Source of the DNA: a virus
Lineage: Duplodnaviria > Caudoviricetes
Virus record (IMG/VR): IMGVR_UViG_3300025012_000029
Span: 64,001 to 128,000 of that record
Length of the DNA stretch: 64,000 nucleotides
Strand: one strand, 5' to 3'
A program made the position numbers and the translations under genes. The notes beneath the pieces are model-generated. The model searched no databases and was not told the DNA's origin. It worked only from the letters and a program-made list of their open reading frames with translations. Of this stretch, positions 57,235 to 64,000 are shown piece by piece. Numbering within the stretch: position 1 is the first letter of the stretch; each line of letters opens with the position of its first letter.

Positions 57235-59039
57235 TATTTTACACTTCCACGCAAATCTTGGTTCGGATATTTAATTTCAAATATAACATTTTGTGGACAA
57301 CTTATAAAGCGTCCATTAGGAGTAATAAGAGAATCAATGTCTATCCTAACATCACTATAATTTCCGCCCTTTTTTTGATATATCCTTACCTTAATCACAT
57401 CAACAACCCCAATGGCTTTTTGTAATCGTTTGTGAATTCTGGTTATAGAAAATGGCTCTCCCACTTCTTCTTTCTTTGAAAATTCATCTCTAAGAACAGA
57501 TATACAATTGTTTAATATATCATATTTATTGATTTCCAAATCCCCTGCTACAACAAAATCAATACCTAAATTAATAATCTTCGCATCCAAAATATCGATT
57601 GTATCGTTAACCATTTTTCCTTGCTGCAGCCATATTTTGAGATTTTCTTTTATTGTTTGATTTGTAGTTATCAATGAACCATCATTATCCTCAGAAATAA
57701 CATACATATTCAAATTTCTTTTAAATGAGTCCGGGTCTTGAATTACATTAACTCTTTTTATTGCTCCAAATTCTGGTGGCATAGCATAAACAAAACTCTT
57801 ATAGTCTAATGACGTAACTGCTCTATTTTGAGACGAGAAATTATCAAAAATTCTCAATTTGAGTTCTTGAACTGTTGGGTTGGTAATGTCTCCAATAATG
57901 GCTTCTTCGTTTGTAATTTCAATTGAATCTATTATTCCTCTAACAACTTCGAGGTTGAGAGAATTCATGTCGGCAAACTCCACAATTGGATTTACGACTT
58001 GTGTAACAGAATTAACTGCCGCATTAACATTATCAGCAGTGTTGACACGATAAGTAACTCTCAAAATAGTATTAGAAGGAGCAATACCTAATTTGTCCGT
58101 TCCAAGAATATTTGTTGGATCAAATGTTACATCCGAGATATAATTCTTTCCATGAATATCTAATACTACTTGTGTAGGATCTATCAGAGGATCGCTGATA
58201 ACATCTCTATCGGAACCAAAACCAAATTGTAGGAAAGTTTTTGTTCTTTCTCTGTCGACCATAAATCTTCTAGGCACAACAAATGGTCTCAATAATGATG
58301 GAGCAGTTGTAGAAGTATCTGCTCTATTCGGAATCGCTTTATAAATGATATCTTGAGAAAGATAATCAACTTCAAAATATTCATTTCCTTCCGAATCTAC
58401 AACAGAAACAACTTCACTTATATCTCGTCCACTCAATTCAAGACGTAAAAATTTCTGAAAATCTCCAACATTTATAACTTCTTCTACCATCCTTCCGGAA
58501 ATAATTTTTCCGTGAGTTTTGACAGCATACGCTGTTGGAAGTCCAGTGCTCTCGTTTACTCTAGCAACAACAACTGAATTTTGTGGATTAGCAAAATCAA
58601 TATCTTCATTCAAAAGAAATCCATTGCCGCCAATGGATGACAATTCAGAACCACGCTTAAGTGTAAAAAGATAAGCCGAATCTGGACCTAGCCCGCCAGC
58701 GTTAGCAGGCACAATGGCAAAAAATGTTCCTATGCCAGTTGATGTTGGATTGCCCCTGAATTTGTATCCCAATTGCTTTCCAAGCTTTAGAACATTATTA
58801 AACTCAATTGCGGTATCTAAAAAAGATTCATTGACAGAATAATCTACATAAAATGATAATTGATCTCCAACATAAGAAACTAAATCCATCATTAGATCGT
58901 CAAAACTCGATTCATTTTGATCTTTTGATATATTAGGATAATATCGTTTCTTGTAATCAAGAAGAGATTCTTTGATGCTTTCAAAATCACGATTAGTATA
59001 TTTCACTAAAGGAAAATTTTTACGTTTTGAGGATGCCAT
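57234..59039 (-). CDS. Baseplate wedge protein (T4 gp6 / baseplate J-like)
   Basis: YTNRDFESIKESL, LSFYVD...NESFLDTA, QNRAVTSLDY. Confidence 0.88.
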   Translation of the reverse strand: MASSKRKNFPLVKYTNRDFESIKESLLDYKKRYYPNISKDQNESSFDDLMMDLVSYVGDQLSFYVDYSVNESFLDTAIEFNNVLKLGKQLGYKFRGNPTSTGIGTFFAIVPANAGGLGPDSAYLFTLKRGSELSSIGGNGFLLNEDIDFANPQNSVVVARVNESTGLPTAYAVKTHGKIISGRMVEEVINVGDFQKFLRLELSGRDISEVVSVVDSEGNEYFEVDYLSQDIIYKAIPNRADTSTTAPSLLRPFVVPRRFMVDRERTKTFLQFGFGSDRDVISDPLIDPTQVVLDIHGKNYISDVTFDPTNILGTDKLGIAPSNTILRVTYRVNTADNVNAAVNSVTQVVNPIVEFADMNSLNLEVVRGIIDSIEITNEEAIIGDITNPTVQELKLRIFDNFSSQNRAVTSLDYKSFVYAMPPEFGAIKRVNVIQDPDSFKRNLNMYVISEDNDGSLITTNQTIKENLKIWLQQGKMVNDTIDILDAKIINLGIDFVVAGDLEINKYDILNNCISVLRDEFSKKEEVGEPFSITRIHKRLQKAIGVVDVIKVRIYQKKGGNYSDVRIDIDSLITPNGRFISCPQNVIFEIKYPNQDLRGSVK

Positions 59040-59049
59040 AATTCTAAAA

Positions 59050-59057
59050 TAATTAGT
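59050..59057 (-). promoter_or_regulatory. ACTANTTA junction motif
   Basis: ACTAATTA ~11 nt before ATG 59039, no SD. Confidence 0.5.
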
Positions 59058-59464
59058 TATAGAACAATTATATCATCGTTTTCTCTAGCTAAGTTTATTT
59101 CATCGATAGTGCTCAAAGGAGTAATTCTGTAAATGATTTTGATAGAAAGTAAATTTCTATCTATTAATTCGTTCTCTGATGCTGATTTAAAGTCAACTTT
59201 TAGTATCTCTATATAAGACAAAAACCTCGCAACTTGTTGAATAATAGAAGCTTTTATTTCAGCTCGAAGAAGAGCATTGTCGTTTTGGAATAAATATCGT
59301 TTCATTCCTACGCCAAAATCTGTGATCATCACGCGCTCGCCAGGTATACAGAGAAGAAGATTAATTAGGTTTTGTTTTGCCACTTCTTGATATGTTTTAT
59401 TTAACGCTAAGCCATCGTCTGGATCTAGTGAAAGTGGTAGTTTTGTTGAAATGCCAAATGCCAT
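59057..59464 (-). CDS. Baseplate wedge gp25-like protein
   Basis: QNLINLLLCIPGERVMITDFGVGM; start reassigned to ATG 59464 (SD AAGGAG) instead of 59599. Confidence 0.88.
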   Translation of the reverse strand: MAFGISTKLPLSLDPDDGLALNKTYQEVAKQNLINLLLCIPGERVMITDFGVGMKRYLFQNDNALLRAEIKASIIQQVARFLSYIEILKVDFKSASENELIDRNLLSIKIIYRITPLSTIDEINLARENDDIIVL

Positions 59465-59468
59465 GATA

Positions 59469-62400
59469 TTACTCCTTGTTTTCTTCTCCATCATCAATAC
59501 ATTTAGTTGGACCACTGAAAGATTTAAAATCAATTCCAACTTCAGTTCCGATCGCTTCTCTTTTAATATCTTTACCTTTTGCAGAATTAAATATTTCATC
59601 TATATTTAGCGCTAAATAAATGAAGCCAAGAGGGCTGATTGGTGGTCCGATTCCAGGTCCCATTGGTGGAGGTGGAAACACGTTCATTGGAAGCAAACCC
59701 AAAGACGCAGCAAGAATAGGTATGTCTTTATTTCTTGTTTTAGCTGCATCAACAATTTTTCTAGCAATAGAAATATTCGGATCTATCAATTCGACCAAAC
59801 CTTTTAATATTAAAAACGGCGTTCTAATTGCCATGGCAGCCACATTGGTTCCAGGCACTTCTGGATCTGTATTGGCATTATTTAAACCACTCGTATTGAG
59901 TCCTATGTTGCCACCTAACCGATTGACATATTGATCCTCATACCTATAGTTTCCACTATTCAATAAGGCTTGAAACACACTCTTGATGGCAATCTTCGTT
60001 CCATCAAACAATTTCGAAACTTTTTCAATATTAGAAAGATAAGTTATGTTATAAATCGAAAGAAGAGTAAACATCCTATCGATAGGCAAACAATAGTGGA
60101 ATAGGAACTTGTATTCTTCCGACGCTATCAGATCATTCAGAAGTCTATTTGAAACATTATTCCATCTTCGTTCAATATTGATGTTGTTAATGGAGTTTGG
60201 AAGTGTTCGAAGATTTTCTGATGATTCTATACATATGATCGGAAACTGATGGATTTGACGAGACTTTGGAGTTGGCTTTGGCTTTCCAGGAACTCTTTTC
60301 CCATCTGGAGTTAAACTAAAAATTGTTTCTATTTCCATTACTTGTTCTGTTATAGAAAATGATTTATTAATATCAAACTCATTTTTAACCTTAATTGGAT
60401 TGTTGTTATTGCCAATGACGCTAGAGAAAGTCTGCGTAATCCCTGTTTCCTCTGTTTTGTTTTCGAATTCTTGTTCACGATTTAACGGAGGAACATAAGT
60501 CAATCTCAAACCATAGTTCCAACTTTCAAAAATGCTATTTAATCCAGCAACAAAATCAATCGTTTGTGATCCGACGCTATCATAATCAGGTTGTTGATTC
60601 ACAATTATTTCAGGCTCAATTACTTCTTTCAATAAATTATTAAAATCCTCAAAACTCAAAACACCAAATTCTTTGCTTCTAATTTCTGTTTCAAGTTCTG
60701 ATTGGCGCTGGGCACTCAGAATAATACTGGCATCGGAAAGAGTTTGATCGACAGCAATATTCCCTTCTCTTAAGTGTTTGAGTTGTTTTCCTTCCCAAGA
60801 TCCCCATTTTCCGTATGCTGACCTTTGAGCGCGAATTATATTTATTTCATTTTGTTGTCTACTTGCGATTCTTCGAATTAATCTATCTTCTTCATTTTTG
60901 TATGAAACTCTAATGTATCTTTCTAAGACAAAGTTTCCATTACCAAAATTAAACTTAGTTCCAGAGCCAATGAAAGAGCGTCCCTGATTAATATTAGTGG
61001 CAATATCTATTTGTTTTCTTACTTTCTCTTCTCCTTCTACCTTTACCTCTTCGAGAAATTGAAAGGATCTTCCTTCTCCACTAAACGTTTTTCTTTCAGT
61101 TGTAGCAAATCTTGCTTTCAAAATAGGACTGTCTTCGGCAAATGTTGGTGACGCAACAAAAGACGTTGGAGCATCAAACAAAGGAATATAATGTTTAGCT
61201 AATATCTCATCTAAATCAAGTTGATTGCTTCCATCTCGTTTTTTAACAAGAGCAAATAAATCCTTTACAACATCTTCAATCTCAGTTTTAATGAAAAATT
61301 CAGCAGCTATGGAAAAGTCATTTGTTTTCTGTTTTTCAAATGAATTGTATGACAGCAGTGTCTGTTCGGTAAACTCATTTTGAAAATTTGTATCACCTGT
61401 TATCTGTCCAACATTTTTGAGTTCTCTCAAAACTCTATCAGAAATAAATTTAATAATAGAATTGTCAACATCTCCAAAAGTATCAATTCTGAATTCTGAA
61501 AATACAAATATAGAACGAAGAATATTTTCAATCACGATTAGTCGAATGAATGTTCTAATGGCACCATCAATTCCTTCTCGCTCCATAGAATTTGGAGTTG
61601 ATTTACCCAATCCATCTACTATTGGAAATAAATCTTCTTCACAAGCAGAATCAGTAATCGCTTTTTTCATCTTCTTCTTAATTTTTTCCAAATCCAACAA
61701 ATGAGGATGGCATTGTCCAGGAATTGGATCAGGAGTAAAATCAACCAAAGATAAAACTTTCAAATTAAACAATGGAGATTTAGCAACTTGATTTGAAAAA
61801 GCTGCAAATGTATCAATAAATAAATTTTGATGAACAGATGTTTTAAATTTATCACGAAGAATTGTATCAATAGAAACTGTATTACTTGGAGATGAAATAC
61901 CTCTGGCATATGTTGGTGGCACAATATATGTTCCATTTCTATAAATTGGAGCGCCTTCTTTCCATATTTTAGCTAAAAATGAACCAAAATATGCTTGAGG
62001 AAAAGGAGTAGCAGTAAGTCCAAATGTGTTAGATGGATCTCTCTCTAAGCGTCTTGTTTGAATAAAGTTCAATATATTTTGTCTTATTGGATCTTCTCCA
62101 ACAATTGGAGGTTCATCAGAAATAATATTATGAGTGTTTGCGTTTCTTTTATCAATTTTAATCGAATATTGATCAACATCTTCTCTAGCTACATGCCCAG
62201 GCAAATAATTTATAAAATAAGAACTTACTTGAGTTTGTTCAGCTTGTTGTTGTATCGTTTCTATGGCAGCACGAATTGTTTCATCTTGTATATTTGACGC
62301 ATTAAAATTTGGATCTGAAACATTAGATAACAAAGCTTTGGAGTCAACTTGATTGGGAATAACTAAGGACACAACTCCATTAGTGTCAACATTAAACAAG

Positions 62401-64000
62401 TTAGAGTCTTTCTGTATGTTTTGTAAATTTTCTTTTAAACCTTTCGCAGCAAAATTTGTTGTGAACTGTATATCTTCAAATACAACAACAGGATCTCCAT
62501 CTTCATCTGGATCTTCTACAGAAACTCCTTGAGAAATTAAACGACGAAATTCTGGATTCTCTAAATCATCCACCTCTCTTCCATCTGGAAGTTTAACGCT
62601 TATTCTTCTTGAAACCTCTCTTGGTATTTGAACAGTCGTTATTTCTTTGAGCGCATTAACAAAGTTAGAAATTTCATTATTGAAAGACATATGAACTCCA
62701 TCATATATGACATCAATAGTTTTATCTAACATGTAAGAAAACGATGGATGATCTCTTTGAACCATCCCCTGTTCTTTACCGTCAGGACTTTTTTTACAAA
62801 AAACTGGTGGGAGCGCATCTTTTAAAGGATTACCTTTTAAGAGATTGTCTAAAAGATTATCAAACATATCTGCTTTACGTTTTTGTGCTGCAGCAACTTG
62901 TTTATCGATTTCTTCTTTTGTTAATCCTTTGTCGGCAAGTAATCTTCTATAATTTGAGTCTTCTGGAAGTTCGCATATTTCTCCGCTTCTCAATATCTCA
63001 GGACGTGACTGTTGAGCAATTTGCTCCAGCAAAGGACGTTTATCTAATACATCTCCAAGAGATTTAAAAAAATCGTCAATCTTCGCTGAAGAATTAAATG
63101 ACGATTTAAGTCCTTGATATTTCGTATCTATGAGACAATTTGCGAGAGCAACAACCTCTATGTCAGCATTACCGTTGAGCAAATTTGCCAGCTCTGACGG
63201 GGAAATAAGCGCAGTAATGTCTCCAACCAAACCTACAAGAGCATTGGTCGCAGCTTCCGTGCCTAAGGCACCCGCGCGAAGTGCTAACGTTCCCATTAAA
63301 TTAGATTGAAGAGAAGAGAATGATTCTGTATCTAATCCAACATCAAACGTCTTTGCCAATAAGTCTGCCATATTCAACGAACCAAAATTTGGAGTTCTGA
63401 AACTATTTTCGCAATTTAAAATTTGTTCTATCATTGCTTTGATGAGTTCTATTAAAGCAACTAAAATAGCATCTGTAATAGCAATTTCAATCGAAATGCT
63501 TATGCTAGCTATGATATCAATCGTTGGAAAGAAATTTGGAAGCTTAATAGTCGGTATTTCACATTTTTTGATAATATCACTCAATTCCATATTGAGAGCC
63601 GAACAGACATCATCTGGAATGGCATTGACAATGGCTCTTCTTGCTGCTGGGTCATCGCAGATTGCTTCAAGAAACTCTCTTCCTCTGTCACCAAGAGCAT
63701 TAATTATTACATCTAAACTAACTGTCGATAAATCACTAACAGTCGTAATTGGGAGACCAATCGCGAATTGAATTCTGCCTAAAAGAAAATTTCTATCATC
63801 TATATCAAGTCGGCTTAAACAACCAATTATTCTATTTCGAACAACCATTTCTAATTCAGGAATATTAACCAGTCTCATGATAAGACTTCCTGAAAAGAAT
63901 TCTAAAAAATCATCGCATGTGGCACTTATGAGCCAAGCTTTACTAATTCGACACGCTCTATCAGGAATCTTTAGACAATCTATCGCAACTTGAAGAATAC
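59469..64000 (-). CDS. Very large hypothetical protein, 5' end outside the window
   Basis: The frame stays open from 63878 to the window end (ILQVAIDCLKIPDRAC...), so the protein exceeds 1500 aa; baseplate-adjacent. Confidence 0.75.
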   Translation of the reverse strand, partial: ILQVAIDCLKIPDRACRISKAWLISATCDDFLEFFSGSLIMRLVNIPELEMVVRNRIIGCLSRLDIDDRNFLLGRIQFAIGLPITTVSDLSTVSLDVIINALGDRGREFLEAICDDPAARRAIVNAIPDDVCSALNMELSDIIKKCEIPTIKLPNFFPTIDIIASISISIEIAITDAILVALIELIKAMIEQILNCENSFRTPNFGSLNMADLLAKTFDVGLDTESFSSLQSNLMGTLALRAGALGTEAATNALVGLVGDITALISPSELANLLNGNADIEVVALANCLIDTKYQGLKSSFNSSAKIDDFFKSLGDVLDKRPLLEQIAQQSRPEILRSGEICELPEDSNYRRLLADKGLTKEEIDKQVAAAQKRKADMFDNLLDNLLKGNPLKDALPPVFCKKSPDGKEQGMVQRDHPSFSYMLDKTIDVIYDGVHMSFNNEISNFVNALKEITTVQIPREVSRRISVKLPDGREVDDLENPEFRRLISQGVSVEDPDEDGDPVVVFEDIQFTTNFAAKGLKENLQNIQKDSNLFNVDTNGVVSLVIPNQVDSKALLSNVSDPNFNASNIQDETIRAAIETIQQQAEQTQVSSYFINYLPGHVAREDVDQYSIKIDKRNANTHNIISDEPPIVGEDPIRQNILNFIQTRRLERDPSNTFGLTATPFPQAYFGSFLAKIWKEGAPIYRNGTYIVPPTYARGISSPSNTVSIDTILRDKFKTSVHQNLFIDTFAAFSNQVAKSPLFNLKVLSLVDFTPDPIPGQCHPHLLDLEKIKKKMKKAITDSACEEDLFPIVDGLGKSTPNSMEREGIDGAIRTFIRLIVIENILRSIFVFSEFRIDTFGDVDNSIIKFISDRVLRELKNVGQITGDTNFQNEFTEQTLLSYNSFEKQKTNDFSIAAEFFIKTEIEDVVKDLFALVKKRDGSNQLDLDEILAKHYIPLFDAPTSFVASPTFAEDSPILKARFATTERKTFSGEGRSFQFLEEVKVEGEEKVRKQIDIATNINQGRSFIGSGTKFNFGNGNFVLERYIRVSYKNEEDRLIRRIASRQQNEINIIRAQRSAYGKWGSWEGKQLKHLREGNIAVDQTLSDASIILSAQRQSELETEIRSKEFGVLSFEDFNNLLKEVIEPEIIVNQQPDYDSVGSQTIDFVAGLNSIFESWNYGLRLTYVPPLNREQEFENKTEETGITQTFSSVIGNNNNPIKVKNEFDINKSFSITEQVMEIETIFSLTPDGKRVPGKPKPTPKSRQIHQFPIICIESSENLRTLPNSINNINIERRWNNVSNRLLNDLIASEEYKFLFHYCLPIDRMFTLLSIYNITYLSNIEKVSKLFDGTKIAIKSVFQALLNSGNYRYEDQYVNRLGGNIGLNTSGLNNANTDPEVPGTNVAAMAIRTPFLILKGLVELIDPNISIARKIVDAAKTRNKDIPILAASLGLLPMNVFPPPPMGPGIGPPISPLGFIYLALNIDEIFNSAKGKDIKREAIGTEVGIDFKSFSGPTKCIDDGEENKE

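Noticed and set aside
1252-63771. Dozens of plus-strand and short alternative-frame ORFs in the track
   Set aside because: They are shadows of long minus-strand genes, lack RBS or recognisable motifs, and the minus strand already tiles the window.
1-64000. Alternative genetic code, as in some large phages
   Set aside because: Standard-code ORFs are long and complete, and TAG and TGA end genes at tight junctions (e.g. 12345, 15599).
1-64000. tRNA or rRNA genes
   Set aside because: Intergenic gaps are nearly all under 100 nt and none showed cloverleaf or T-loop signatures by eye; a tRNAscan/Infernal run would confirm.

Overview
64 kb of an AT-rich, large tailed dsDNA phage genome with a T4-like/myovirus-type morphogenesis gene set. 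Essentially every real gene is on the minus strand, tightly packed, and reads in the standard code (TAA, TAG and TGA all close tightly packed genes). In transcription order (right to left) the window holds: a baseplate/tail block (gp25-like, gp6-like, LamG and Ig-domain giants); a small DNA-metabolism island (RuvC-like resolvase, thermonuclease, primase, SbcD/SbcC); decoration/LamG genes and a holin/spanin-like trio; probable internal head proteins; large terminase; a portal with two inteins; prohead protease; a phage ribosomal protein bS21; an ~11.5 kb cluster of fibre/adhesin genes; and the start of a prohead scaffold gene. Seven selfish elements or relics are present (2 inteins, 3 intact free-standing endonucleases, 2 decayed ones). 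Most unusual: (1) an SbcD/Mre11 nuclease gene broken in two by a Vsr-like endonuclease, with no intein and no room for an intron, whose fragment ends carry an acidic tail and a basic head that look like two halves of one small clasp domain; (2) a recurring ACTANTTA motif at ten gene junctions (candidate late promoter, also carried by the inserted endonuclease); (3) an unannotated 24-aa Cys/Arg/Trp-rich peptide ORF plus hairpin upstream of the prohead protease; (4) a three-copy repeat able to form mutually exclusive hairpins next to an RBS; (5) a giant LamG structural gene apparently fissioned with Ig domains inserted at the break. I saw no tRNA, rRNA or CRISPR array. All family calls are from motif recognition by eye; no searches were run.
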